64,000 nt of DNA. It comes from Paramecium tetraurelia. Taxonomy: Eukaryota. Under the pieces are notes generated by a model that did no database searches, had not been told where the DNA came from, and saw nothing but the letters and a program-made list of their open reading frames with translations. Made by a program: the position numbers and the translations under genes. Position 1 is the first letter of the stretch. The number at the start of each line of letters is the position of its first letter. The stretch is from positions 62,001-126,000 of the forward strand of contig CT868030.1 of NCBI GenBank assembly GCA_000165425.1. Reading direction: 5' to 3'. This document shows, piece after piece, positions 1 to 13,157 of the stretch.

Positions 1-1321
1 AATTGAAACCATAAAAAGTTTATGGATGTTTGCATTGTAGTCTCGAATTCAGCAACACCATTCTTTTGGATAGACACATGGAGATCCACAAAGAGCCACC
101 TAACATAACTCCACAAATAATAGCAATTCAGAAGGAATTACAATAATAATTAATGTACATGTACTAAGCAAAACAACAAAGAAAACAATTGGAATTATAG
201 AAGGAGGACTTAAAATGTGGGATGTTGGCAGCTGCAGGTATTTATAAATTATCATTTTAGAAAGAAATTAAGAACTTGTGTCAAATGAAAAAATGCGGTA
301 GATTGAGAAGGTTTATATTGAAAAAGTAAATAAATTGGAGACACTATTGAATTAATTAAATTCATAGACTGAAAAAGAATAATATGCAAGTGAATGGTTG
401 GATAATCTTGAAGAAGGAATTAATGAATAATTAAATTTGAAGAGCGAATAGGAAAAATTATTAAAAACATAAATTGAGGCTTAACAAGCATAATCCAAAG
501 TGTTCAAAAGTTAAAGATCATTGTAAACATCTAAAAAAGATCTCAGAATCCCAAGCAATACAAGTTTTAAACCCTAATCTTAACTTTATATCTAATCTTA
601 GGTTCGTGGATCAAATCATTAATTTCGTAGATCCAATGGTGGAATTGAATATGCTTCTGATGACTCCCCAAGAGAGGAAATAATATTAGAAGAGGATGAT
701 TAAGTCAGAGAAAATTTTGGTCACACAAAGAACTTCTCTAGTGCTACTTCAAAGTTGAAGGGGATGCATTCTAAAAATCCATCTGGGGTTTCCTTTTAAG
801 AAAGTAATTTAAGAGGTTTAACTAAATTTGAATAATACGAATATAGATATTAAGAGTTTAATAGTTTAGTAACTGAAATGCTGCTGAATAGATACTATTT
901 AAGAAGAACTTAATTTGATCCACAAGTGATTGAAAAGGAAAGGCTAAAGTTATTGGATTAATTTGAGGACTTGGATGAAGTAGATGATTTGGAAGATCTA
1001 TTAAAATAAATGTAAAAATAGACGAAAGGATTTGAGAAGAGAAAGAGATATTAAATAAAAAAGAAGAAGCTACGCCTATAAGATTAGGCAGAGAATGAAG
1101 ATAAGGAGCATACTATTACTACTTTGGAATCCAGCAGTGAAAATTAGGAAAGCTAGGAGGAAAAGGATGAGGAAATTGAGCTAAGGACTAATTAATAGTT
1201 TGAGCTAAGGAAGTTCCCATTTAAAATAGCAGGAGGAGATTAAGAACAAGGGAATTAATATTAGCAATACTAAGAGCCTGGACAGGGATATGGAGTAAAT
1301 ACTTTTAGTATAAATTATTGA
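1..1321 (+). CDS. 5'-partial C2H2 zinc finger plus coiled-coil protein (possibly DZIP1-like)
   Basis: Code-6 frame 3 reads YGCLHCSLEFSNTILLDRHMEIH (CxxC-x12-HxxxH) followed by Q/E/K-rich coiled coil; intron ~238-260; TGA at 1319-1321. Confidence 0.65.
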
Positions 1322-2205
1322 ATAAATAATTAGCAAAATATACATTAAAATCAAAAATAATATTCTTCTCTTTTTATTATCTTTTTTTAAAGAACTTTTT
1401 TGTTTTTATATATATTGAAATCAAAAATTTAATTCTTTGAAATTATTCACCCAATGGTTTGTAAATTATTCTAATCGGATTTAACTTGATTCTGCTTATT
1501 TTATCCTATTCTCTTAAATATTAGTAAATCGAAATTATGATTAAATACAAAAGATGTAAAAAATATACCGAATGAAATTGGATATATCTATAAGATAGGA
1601 TGATTCGTATCGATTTTGTTTGGTTCATTATTTTCTGGTTGATAATCATAAGATAGGATCTTAAAAAATATTTGTTTTGAAAATTGGCATTGAGAGGTTG
1701 TCAAATATTTCACAATTTTGAGAAAATTCAAGAAATTTGCCTTAATTAACATTAAAATTGACTGAGAGCGAAAATATTAAATAATAAATATGAAAATTTT
1801 AAAGACTATTTTTATATTAAAATCAGATAAAATATTCTATCTCTCCCAATTACAGTATTACATAATTTTTCTATCAGTAATCATAATGTATGGGAATTGT
1901 TTAGTTTGTGAATGTAATTATTTTATTAACTAAAAGGGAAAAAATTGTTCTAATTCTAGATCCTCCACTATAAGTATTGTGATAAAATCATTAATACAAT
2001 TAAATTATGAATGCTGGCAAAAAGTTGGCAATTCAAATCTAAAAATATATTCTTACAACTCTGGGTAAGAAATAGAAATTCATATAATAATATAATCCAA
2101 AATTTTATTCTTTTCTGTTTAAAGAACTAGTTTATAATTAATTTATATAATTTTAGGATAAATAACAATTTGTATAAATTTGGTTAATGAATGATTAATA
2201 ATGTA

Positions 2206-2950
2206 TCATTATACCAATGCCTTAACGAAGTCATTCAATGGAGCATTTTTAATCATGCCGTAGAATGCTTGATTAGCCTACTTGATTTGAGGTACTTAGG
2301 ACATGTGTTGAACATAATTTTTCAATCCTGGGAATTTGTCAAAGGAGTAATTGAAACCGAAAAGCATCTAGAGTTCAAAGATTAAACTAAAATAAAATAA
2401 TTCAGATACGCTAAATCGGCAATTGTCATTTTAGGTTAATTTTACACATATTTAAATTTGCCTTGGCCTAAAAATACATATTCTATAAATTAAAGGATTG
2501 ATTCCATCTCCTTCTCTTTTGCTTCAAAATCAGGTGGAGCAGGTTTTCCCATCATTTTTGGTCCAATAATGTGATCAAACACAAATTTGGAAACCAATTT
2601 AGTGCCGGTATGATGCCAATCTAAATAACATTCAACTTTGGCAATTTCTTATGGATCCTAAAAAGGGAATCATCATGTTAAGTTACTTTGGGATAAAAAT
2701 CATGCAACTGATATTTATTGACAATGTATCTAAGAATTGCATGACTCTCGAACAATTTGAATCCGTCATCATCCAAAGCTGGGAGACCTTGGCATGGGTT
2801 AATAGCTGTGAATTCTGGGGTAAGGTTTTCTTATTTTTGTAAATCCACAACTTTGGCTGTGTGAGGAATGTTTCCCAAGGTTAACAAAGTAAGCACTGCT
2901 CTAGAAGGCATAGATAGGGGATTGTAGTAAAGTGTTAGTGTGTTACTCAT
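2206..2950 (-). CDS. Glutathione S-transferase, theta-like
   Basis: MSNTLTLYYNPLSMPSRAVLTLL...EFTAINPCQGLPALDDDGFKLFESHAILRYI, later MTIADL; two tiny introns (~2387-2409, ~2658-2686). Confidence 0.9.
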
Positions 2951-3038
2951 AGTGATGTGTGGATATTAAAATAATAATACAAAAATGGATGAAAGCATAT
3001 AACATAAATATTTATTTTATAAGAATTTAGAACATTCC

Positions 3039-3998
3039 TCAAATCTTATTGTTTGCATAGTTTTTTAATAATTCAGCAAACGTCATATTAAAAATGGTTA
3101 AAGAACCTGCATACAAGCATCTCATAACATAGCCTCTAAATAATGCTTAAATCCCTTCATCTATAAGAATTCTCCAAATTCCATGCAATTAATTCTTGTA
3201 ATTAAACAAACCCTCCCCTGTTTGATTTTCCAGCATCTTTCGAGATTAAATTTATATCCTCATTTTACTAACTGAAAGTGGCTATGTCAAAATAGACGAG
3301 AAAATGAAAGCCCCTAAAGAAGACAGTAGAGCATTATTGTTAGTCTACTCTTTAATTCAAAACCATAGGAATACCTTTCAAATATTCAAAACTGGCAAAA
3401 TATAAAGCACTGTATGGGCCAAAAAATCCTAAGGTGGCTCCAAATCCTATTTATTTGCAAATTAATCTAACCTCTGTATAGCCCTAAAACCCCCTCCTTT
3501 TTGACTATTTATAAGACTGCATCAATTGATCCACTGTAATTATGATACCCAAATCTTTTTTAAACCTGTAATCTTTCCTTTACTACATCAATAGGTAACC
3601 ACAAAACCCCACTTACAGTTTCAGCCAATAAGCCGCAACTTAGATGCAATAGGAGTTTTGATTCTATTTTATTGCCTAATTGCATCTTGAAATATTTATA
3701 GGATGTCAAGTATAAAGAAAATGCCGGGCCACTTCCAATCTTCATTAATGATACTCATACTATAGCTATCAAACCTCCTTTATAAAAGTGCTTTATCCCT
3801 CCTTGTTAGTACACTTATTTGAAGGTTTTTTGAACATCTCCTAAATTCATTTAAATAGGCTTTCTTTCAATCTGAGATGGATGATTATGACAAATTTACA
3901 TAAAACTAGGCCTTAACAGTGTCCAAGGGATAGCATAAAAATTTCCCTATTATCCCCGATATTGCACTTGCTATGGATTCTGTTAGCAAAGAACTCAT
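3039..3998 (-). CDS. Mitochondrial carrier family (SLC25) protein
   Basis: Carrier signatures YPLDTVK and LPIDVVKERLQV; C-terminal EGIQALFRGYVMRCL; several tiny introns. Confidence 0.9.
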
Positions 3999-4065
3999 AA
4001 TAATAATAATGATTATTTATAAAATAAAGAAGCAAAAATAAGAATATAAAAGTAACAACACCTAG

Positions 4066-4554
4066 TCATTAAATTTTCCCATACTATTGTCTAAGGAAAT
4101 CTGTTTAGTATTTAGTAATTACTATTTGCTTTTTGGCTTTCTTTTTGAGTTCATTTTTGTTCTGATTCTGATTCTAATTCTGGTTATTTTGATTATTTGA
4201 ATTTAGTGGTTATGCTAAATACCTTTCTGGTATGTTCATGTATTTCATTCTCACTTTATTATTCAAAAATTATACTTTATTCTACAATCTATCTTAATTC
4301 ACTAATTTCTTTCAAGTAATCATCTTCGTTCTCAGTGACTGTTTTTCTGGGACTATCAATTTGATTTTCTTCTTCTATTTATTCTTCTATGGCTGTAAAA
4401 TTTAACATAAGAATTTACGTGATTAAGGAAAATACAAGGCGGTTTTCTCATATCTGGGAGATATGACTATGTCATTAGAATACCCAGTCAATTATTTATA
4501 AGCCAGAATTAAATCTGAAGCTACTTTAGATATATTTGGACCGTCTTTCCTCAT
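4066..4554 (-). CDS. Hypothetical N/Q-rich protein, start codon unresolved
   Basis: Open code-6 frames joined by candidate introns (~4394-4419 and a weaker one ~4254-4275), ending KKQIVITKYQTDFLRQQYGKIQ-TGA; no in-frame ATG found. Confidence 0.35.
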
Positions 4555-4586
4555 CGTTAAATTCTAATATAATTATTTTAATTAAA

Positions 4587-5765
4587 ATGATTCCTGAATA
4601 ATAATAGGGAATAACAGAGGAGGAGAAAGAACTCATCCTCATTGAAGAATTGTCTTAAAAATTGGAAGGCTTGTATAAGGACATGGAATAAATAAGGAGA
4701 GAGAATCTGTTATTTGAATCTTATATTATGCGAAACTCCAAAGATTTACAGAGAGAAGACGAAGCTGAAGACAAAAATAAGAAAACTAGAAAGAAAAATT
4801 AACCAGTTGATAAAAAAGTAAACCAATTTTGATTGTAATAGACAATGTAATTGACCAATGAAGAAAAATACGAAATTGCTCAATTTGAGAGTGACACTCT
4901 CAAGAAGAATATTGAAGAAGGCAGAATCAGATCAGATTAAATCTTAGAAACATTGAGAGTAATTTATAATTTTGAGGTATTTAGGCAATATTGGAAGAAA
5001 CAGATAAAGCTATTACTGAAATTAGAAAGGATGCCTTTGATTTCCAAAGAGAAATATTGTTTGCAGGTGAAAATACTAGGACTGGTAAAATAGAGGCAGA
5101 GAGAATAGAAAAGTATTTTAAAGAGAAATTAGCATAAAAAGTAACTAAGAATTGAAATTAAAAAATAGGATGCTTAAATTGAAAAATATAAATAAAAAAA
5201 AGCCAATATAGAATAATAAATTACTAAAACTAGCAATTAAATTTAAAAGAAAGAAGAAATGGGAGATGATTTAAAGTTTATTGACTTTCATCAATTATAA
5301 ATTGAAAATAAAAAGTATGTTAAGTAAATAGATGAGAAGAATAAGAAATTACTTGGATTAAAAATAGCCACTGGTAAAATATCCTCAGTGTTAATCGAGG
5401 AAAGAAATCAACTCTAAAATGAAATAGATCAATGCAATACACTGATATAAGAAATCGATGACAAAAACAAAAAAATAGCTAAAACTCAAGAGCAAACAAA
5501 AAAAGTCAAAACTTAAATAGCTTCCTTAACTGAAAAGAAGAAAAAATTTGCAATCCAACTTGAATAAGTGAATAATGCAACCAATGAAGACATCCCTAAG
5601 GTATTTATTTTTATAAATACATAGGCCATGACATACGTTTTGCAGAAAAGAAAAGAAGAAGAATTAGTCTATAAGATTAGAAATACTAATCGTAAAATAG
5701 AAATAGCAGAATTGGCCTATCAAAAAGCATGTAAATCATTAGGTCTGAACCCAATATAATAATGA
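4587..5765 (+). CDS. CCDC113: Coiled-coil ciliary protein CCDC113/CFAP263 (DUF4201)
   Basis: RENLLFESYI, AILEETDKAITEIRKDAFDFQREI and MGDDLKFIDFHQLQIENKKY match the CCDC113/CCDC96 family; about four tiny introns. Confidence 0.8.
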
Positions 5766-5896
5766 AGCAAATAACATTTAAATTTAAAGTACAAGAAATT
5801 TATCTCGTAATTTATTATCAAAATCTATAAGTTTTAAAAGTTTCCTAATATCTATTCTCTTACATTTTAATTAAAATTTTCAATTAATATTTTATT

Positions 5897-6810
5897 ATGA
5901 AAATTATTCGTTCACTTACCTATAATTTCACTAAAACCTTTCACACTGCAAAGTTTTGTGGATCTTAAACTTTATTTGGAAATGAAGATGTGTACTAAAG
6001 TTTCCATATCTAAAAAGGATAATATCTTGACTCATTTATTAGTGACCCAGAGTTATTTACAACTAATCTAGTTCAAACCATAAAGGATTGTAAATCTAAA
6101 TAAATGAAAGCAATTTGGATTTAATTGAATTAAAATTAATTAGTACTTGCTGAAAAACTAATTGAATAAGGATTCTACATGCATCATTGTACAGAAAATT
6201 ATTTGTTATTTGCTCAATGGATTGTTGAAAGCGTGAAAAGCCAGTTACCAAATTATACTACTCATTCAATTGGTGCTGGTGGTTTAATCCTTCATAATAA
6301 TTAAATTTTATTAATTCAAGAGAAAAATGGTTAATATAAAGATGAATGGACAATACCTGGGGGTTTAGTGAATGATGAAGAATTAATCGTTGAAGCAGCC
6401 ACGAGAGAAGTTAAAGAAGAAGCAGGCTTAGATGTTGAACCTTATGATTGCTTCTTAATTAGGGATTTACCTATTTGTAATCAATATTAAGGAGACATAT
6501 ATTTTGTAATTTTAATGAGATTACTAAATAATAATTAAGCTATTAAAATACAAGAATAAGAGATTAAGAATTTCAAGTGGGTTGATTTGAATCATTTGCA
6601 AGAAGTATAACTTTCAACTAAATAATTTAGTTTTATTAAAATAATAAATTTGGAATGGTTTAAAGCAGGTTGATGGAATCCTTAATTCAATTTAATAAAT
6701 CTGATAAATTCGACCTCTAATTTTTTAGTTTAGATCCCTAACGGTTAGAAATAGATGGGCAACTAAAAGACTATTATTTTTTCATGCCGAAAAAATCCCC
6801 AAAACTATGA
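5897..6810 (+). CDS. Nudix hydrolase, NUDT6-like, possible mitochondrial presequence
   Basis: Nudix box PGGLVNDEELIVEAATREVKEEAG preceded by GFYMHHC and LPNYTTHSIGAGG; N-terminus MKIIRSLTYNFTKTF; intron ~6605-6630. Confidence 0.88.
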
Positions 6811-7356
6811 ATAATATTATATTTTGTTCCTATCATTCTACTTTCATTAGAGTCTTTTAAAAATAAATACAAGTACTTACAAAATACAATAATCATTATA
6901 CTTTTGAGATATAAAAATAATTTAGTTAATTTTCAATGTAATTAATTTAGAATAGTTTTCAAAAAGAGAGTCCGAATAGCTAAGGATATGATTAATAATT
7001 TTAAAAAGAAAGTGAATATATCTGCAATTATTTGATAGTGTAAAAGTTAAAGTAATATTAAATATAATATATCACATAATATTCATCTTGACTCTCTCAC
7101 AAACAATGCTACTCAAGTACAAGAATCTACCAAAAATAAATTCTTATAAGATATGCTCGATTTAGAGTTAGAGCAAAAGTCTAAGCATTTAGTAATCTTA
7201 TGCGAATTTGAGATATTAATTTTTGTTTATTCTTCTGACTACAAATTCTTGAGAAATGATTTAAATTGCAATTTTTCCACCATCCACAAAATAGTTTAAA
7301 AGATGATTTCAATATGTACAAAATTTAATATATATATTATTATATATACTTAACAA

Positions 7357-8857
7357 ATGTTTGAATGGATGCCTATTTTAAAAGGAAAGTATTTCACAGC
7401 TGAATAATATTTACAAATAATAGTATTAGTCAATTTGTTAATTTTTGGATTGATTTTCTATAAGTAAAAATTCAAGAGCCTCCAACCCATTACTATTAAT
7501 TTAGCTATTTTGTCTTTCTCTTGGTTTGGAGATTTTAAGTACCTGTCATTGGTTGTTCTAATTGTTTACAATAGAAGGTCACTCTCAAGGATCACAATAG
7601 TTGTAATATTGTATTTGCTCACATACGATGTTTGTTTTGCAATGCATAACATTAATCAAGGGTTCATCTTTAGTGTCGATGGTGCTGCTTTCAGTACTTA
7701 ATTCACTAGGCTGTTTTAAGAGAATAGGAAATTTCATCCGTATGTAACTTTGACGCAATATCATAATGCAATCATTTTCAACTTCTAAATTTAAGATTAA
7801 TCTAATTATGCAGTCTATTGCAACTCAGTTTAATAGCGCATTACACATTCAAAACTATATGATCGATATGTTTATCACAGCGTCATTCAGATAGATAAGA
7901 AGTCAAATCAAATACAGATTTATGATGGTTAAAAAATGATAGGCGAATATTATTACTTTGATTTCAATTCGACTAATATAACAATAATAGATGGGGGTGA
8001 TTCAGGTTACACAGAAACATCCATTCAAATTTGGAAACATATCTAGGCTGAACCAAAAATCGATGTAATCAATATAGGAGGAGATGTGGCATATGATAAT
8101 GGATTTGTCCAATGCACAACCTGTTGGGATAGATTCTTGTCATTATATGAGAGTGTATGTAAATCCAAAGGGAAACTGATACCCTTAATACTTTCAATCG
8201 GCAACCACGACGTTGGAAGAGTCACTAATCCTTCATTGTTATACGATAATTAAATAAACTCAAATGTACCCAATATAATACAAATGTTTCCATAATAATT
8301 GATCAGTAAACAAATCCCTTAGATTAGTGATAGAACTTCGTATTTTGTTCATAGAATAGGGCATATTAATTTTATAACAATTGATAGCGGGTACATGACA
8401 AAGTATATTCAAATATAAATTTAGTTCTGAGAGCCAAAAAGAGTTCTTAAAAAATTCAATCGAGAAAAATAAAGTTAATTTAGTTAGTTATCATGTACCA
8501 GTTGTTCCTCTGTAGGTAGAGGATGAAAACTTTTTATGGAATTTGGGGGAGGATTTAAATAGAGCTGCTTTGGTTTTTGAGCATCATAAACATAACTTTA
8601 AAAGAACTAAGAAAATTTAAGTTCTTAAATCTGATAATAAGATTAAAGTTTTTCCAGGGAATACTTATTACGTTGGAAATGGGGCGATGGGAATTTAGTC
8701 TGCCAATAAGGTTGAGCATTAAATAGTAGAGAAATCGAGTAGACAGGCTCATTTTTGGGTGTATAACTATGATAATGGGTAGCAATATGTTTATGCTGTA
8801 AATAAGGATGGAAGTAGGATAGATTACTTTGAATTAGATTAATTTAAAGCGGCATGA
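7357..8857 (+). CDS. Membrane-anchored calcineurin-like metallophosphoesterase (purple acid phosphatase-like)
   Basis: Motifs GGDSG, GGDVAYDNG, IGNHDV, YHVP, FEHHKH; N-terminal hydrophobic segments; intron ~8390-8424 region. Confidence 0.85.
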
Positions 8858-8906
8858 TATTTTTATTCATAAATTATATTAATTCTATTCACAATGCTAA
8901 GTTGAT

Positions 8907-9636
8907 TTCAATTTTTAAAGGATTGATGTTTTCTATAAGTTATTGATTCCTTGTTGTGATTAGATTTCAAGATTACTCTGCTGGTCGATATCCTATTAGG
9001 TTGAACACAATAAACTTAGTCAGGATCAATATAGTTTTTGGTTTCATTATTTTTGATCCATCTACTTTTAGAAATGATGATGTCATCACGATGATGTTTC
9101 TTAATTTTGGATTTAATAAACTCAACTTCGGCATATGCAGGACTCATGTCTAAAGAATTAGGAGATAGGAGATTGTGCAAATCATATATATTCTGATATT
9201 CTGACCATTCTGTATTGAATATTTTATTGTATTTGTCCCCTCTTTAGTGTCCAGAGTTGTTAATTTGAGAATTGTTCCTTTATTATTGACTTTTTGTTAA
9301 TCTTCTTTTGGATATAACAGAATTAAATTTATATGACTTCAGAACTTTGTTATTGATGGTGATTGAATTCTGGTCATTTTCATCGATTTTGTAGTGCTCA
9401 TTAAATTTGACTAATTTATTGCATAACTTTTAACAATCAACTGTTTATAAGAGAGGAACCTTGCACTTTAATCGATGTGAATATTCATTATCTGCATTTC
9501 CTCCTTTTAAAATTTAATGAATTTTATTTTAAATATCTTTTACTAATTTGTTATCATCCTGCATTAAATTAGTGGTAGTATATAACGATTACGTTAACAT
9601 TGTAGTATTAAAAGAAACCTTTTTAGTAGTGTCCAT
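8907..9636 (-). CDS. Hypothetical protein, exon structure uncertain
   Basis: ATG at 9636 and long code-6 open stretches; frame joins not fully resolved. Confidence 0.35.
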
Positions 9637-9723
9637 TATGAGCTGTTAAAGTATTTGAAACAAAATAAAAATTAAATGTTATAAATTTAATTATAAAATT
9701 AATAAAACAATATTCACACAATA

Positions 9724-11143
9724 TCACATAATATCATGTTGATGCTGTTCAAAAGTAGGAAGCTAATCCACAGTTGGTTCATCGCTTGGACTAATCTCCC
9801 CCGAAGAAGAATCATATTGACAATAATCGAATTTTAGATTTGCAATTTGATGATGGAATCTCGGAGATACCGCATTTGAATCACAATTGTTGAAGGTTGT
9901 CAATAGCGATTCATTTTTCTCCAAAATAGGTGCCAGAGTGAATCTTTATGATTTTAAGGCCCTATTCTAATTTTATTGACTAGTTGGACTTGTTGGAGCA
10001 GATTAATTGTCTTTTTGAAGCTCCTTCTTAAAATTATTGATAGCTATAGTTTCAAAAGAACATGCTTTGTCTCTAACAGATACTTCTGATGTTGCCGTTT
10101 ATTCGACAAGAGGCTTGAACACCTCAGACCAATCAAAATTATAGTCTTATTCTTATCTTCCTAGATATTGAATAAGGGGCTATTTAAGTATTTCATAATT
10201 AGGAATTTCTTTGATCCCCAATTTAAACACATTTTGAAAGTATTGTAAGAATACCTCTGGGTATTGTTTCAATTCCTTTTCTGGTAAGAATTGTCTTTTG
10301 AATTCCATATAATATTTGTCTCTGATGTTTTAATCCTAGGATTAGCATTTATGAGGTAGTTTCCCTTGTGATAGCAGATACAACAGGAGATAGCCAAGTG
10401 ATTCTAGATCATCTCTGGGGCAGGGTTCTAAATTGAAAGTAGAATTTACGTTGTTGTAGATGTTATCCAATACTACTGAACTTATTGGTTTTTATGGGAA
10501 ATTATTTGGCTTTGCTTGATATTTTGCCATCTTTGTTAAGGAATTCTACGTAGTAATCGAAGTTGGTTATAAGTAAATTTGAATGGTTAGTGGTCATGAT
10601 ACTTGATAATTTTAGACTCCTGTGTAAAATGTTCAAACTATGAATTTACTATAAATTAGTAATCTTGAGTGCTTATTGTTATTATATAATTACCATTTTT
10701 AATCCCACCAAACAAATAGTTTTAAGAGAAAATTTCTATTTCATCAACTTAAAGCACAATTTCAAAGATGGTCCACTCTTCTGCCATGCGATGTAATGAT
10801 GGGTAATATCTTGGACTACTAAGGTGCCCATTCTATAAATCCTTGGTATTGGTATGAATCTGGACATTCGATTATGACGATCATTAGATTTATCTCTGCC
10901 ATCAATTACTACCCTATATCAAAATATATCTTACATTGCTCTAATCTTTTAAATAGTTTGCAGATACATAGTTAATCTGTTATCTAAATAATGATAAACT
11001 CATCATAATACAATTTATATTAAGATTTATTTTTGTTCCTATTAAATATCTACAGCATTGTAAAAATTGGAATGACGACCTTAGTAATGGACAGATGCAA
11101 GCAGATATCGATTATCAATTATAACTGGTTGCTCTTTATTCAT
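9724..11143 (-). CDS. Casein kinase 1-like pseudokinase
   Basis: CK1 hallmarks GPSL, KFSLKTICLVG, RDDLESLGYLLLYL, PNYEILK, YNFDW; catalytic motifs altered (ILIQ, HRSLK, NFD); three or more tiny introns. Confidence 0.85.
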
Positions 11144-11591
11144 TTAATATTAATAAATTAAAATAATGTAATTTATATGTTTACTATTTATATTTAATAC
11201 TTTTATACTAAAGCCAAATAATTTTCTACTTAACCATCTCAAATCTATTACACTTGTCTCTAAAGAGAATATAATCAAGTTGATTACTTAAATCAGTTGA
11301 TTACAGTGAGTTAATTATAGCTACTTAAAAACATCTTATGAACATTTAGAACTAATATTCTATCAATTTCTAGCATCTTATCATTAATTTTATATAACGC
11401 TCTTTTTCAAACATATCATCCGAGTTTACACATCTTAATTGATGAATTAAATTAAATAAAATATAAAATTAATTAACTTTTTATCTATATTCAGACTGAA
11501 ATACAACAAGCAATATCGACTTAGCTAAAACATAAAATGGATAATTATCAACTCAACAATATTTATACATTTATATTAATACAATAATACT

Positions 11592-12604
11592 TCATAAGAA
11601 ATAAGGAAGAACATTCTTTGGATTAATGCTTTTACTACTTTCAGGAACTTCTCTGAATGTTTTCCAATTAGATTACAAAGAACTATCTAAACTAAGAATG
11701 GAAGCGATATTTCCACACCTATAACAATAGTTTGGAGCTGACCACACAGTAACCAAGTTTTGATCCTAGATTATTTATATGAATGTTACAGGGAACCAAT
11801 ATTTATATCCTTCCATTACTAATTGATGAGCTCTGCAAATTAAACTAAGATCATTCAATCTACAGAACTCTTTTGTTACTTTAGCACCAAATAAGTATCC
11901 AGCTCCTCTTGAATTAAGTGCCCAATAGTCAACTTCTTCTGGATCCGACCACATCAAATCGCAAAATGGACCCTCATGAGGTATTTCAACCTCTAATACA
12001 AATGATTTGATACTTTTCTGTCTATTGTTCTTATTTGATCAACTGTTCTCATATCTGGAGACAATCCTCCATGAACACATAATATTTAACCCTCTATTAA
12101 AGCAGCTAATGGTAAACAATCAAAAACATCCATAAATAATCTCCATGGACAGCTATTTCCATATTTTCTCAAAATCTCCTCATAAAAGCCATAAACTTAA
12201 GTGCACTGTCTCGATTCATGATTACCTCTTAATAGCACAATGTTTCCTGGATATTTCACTATTAATCATTTCAATCTGCTCTTACCTTTCAGACACAACA
12301 AATACTCCATGGTTTCAACACTATTGTATCCTCTATCAACAAAGTCGCCTATAAAAATGTAATTGTGATCGGAAATGTCTCCACCTTCTTTCATCAAAGC
12401 CTACAAATCGTAAAATTGGCCTAAATTCATTAATTATTTGTTTTTACCATGAATATCACCACAAACATTGACTGGTGCTCTGACAGGTTACACATTAGAT
12501 TCTTCTAGGAAGATTTCTTTTGCTCGTTCACAAACAAGTTTGAGATCTCTTTCTGTTAGACATCCTCCTCTTAGCAGCTATGAAATGTGTCTGTCGATGT
12601 CCAT
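11592..12604 (-). CDS. PPP6C: Ser/Thr protein phosphatase, PP2A-like family, most like PP6/Sit4 catalytic subunit
   Basis: [38 protein letters not shown] and C-terminal PYFL; four tiny introns; PP4 not fully excluded. Confidence 0.85.
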
Positions 12605-12630
12605 TATTAATTTAAGTATTTGCTTATTTT

Positions 12631-13112
12631 ATGTAACAAAAATTTAAGTCTAAACTTTACAATATAATTACAGAATGTGAATAACTGAAGGATTCAAATG
12701 CCAGCTTCAACTAAGAAATATCCAACTTTACTACTAAATATCGCATGAGATTTAGCAATATTGTTAAGCGAGCTTAATCGGAAGAGACAAAGAAGTAAAA
12801 GGAAGAAAAGCAATTAAAGTACAGTTATCCAAATATTCCAGAATGAATATTAGACTTCACCATTACCTTTGTCAATAAATCATAGACTCAACTCAATATA
12901 ACTTGGAAAGGCCTAATCGGAAAGCCGAAAAGTACAAGCTCTAGGAAGAAACCTTTTTCGATAGAAATCCTGTTTTATATCTCAAATAGCAATTATAATA
13001 AGATAAATAGAGGAGTCTTAAATTATCGCTTTAAGCAAGACATTTTTCGATTCAACAACAAAAATTTGTGTAAAAACTAGAAAACTATAAAGACTTTATA
13101 GGTCTAAAATGA
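12631..13112 (+). CDS. Hypothetical ~150 aa protein
   Basis: MQQKFKSKLYNIITECEQLK... open in code 6 with one 23-nt intron (~12819-12841); TGA 13110-13112. Confidence 0.6.
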
Positions 13113-13157
13113 GTTTTTAATATAAAATTTGATTAATTTTTTAATTAACAACCAATT

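Noticed and set aside
1322..2200. Possible ncRNA in long spacer; TAAGATAGGA occurs twice (~1591, ~1649)
   Set aside because: No tRNA, snRNA or snoRNA signature; a 10-mer repeat is weak evidence in AT-rich DNA
6935..7356. Small gene or N-terminal extension upstream of the metallophosphoesterase
   Set aside because: Open stretches exist but no consistent start, intron and stop structure could be built
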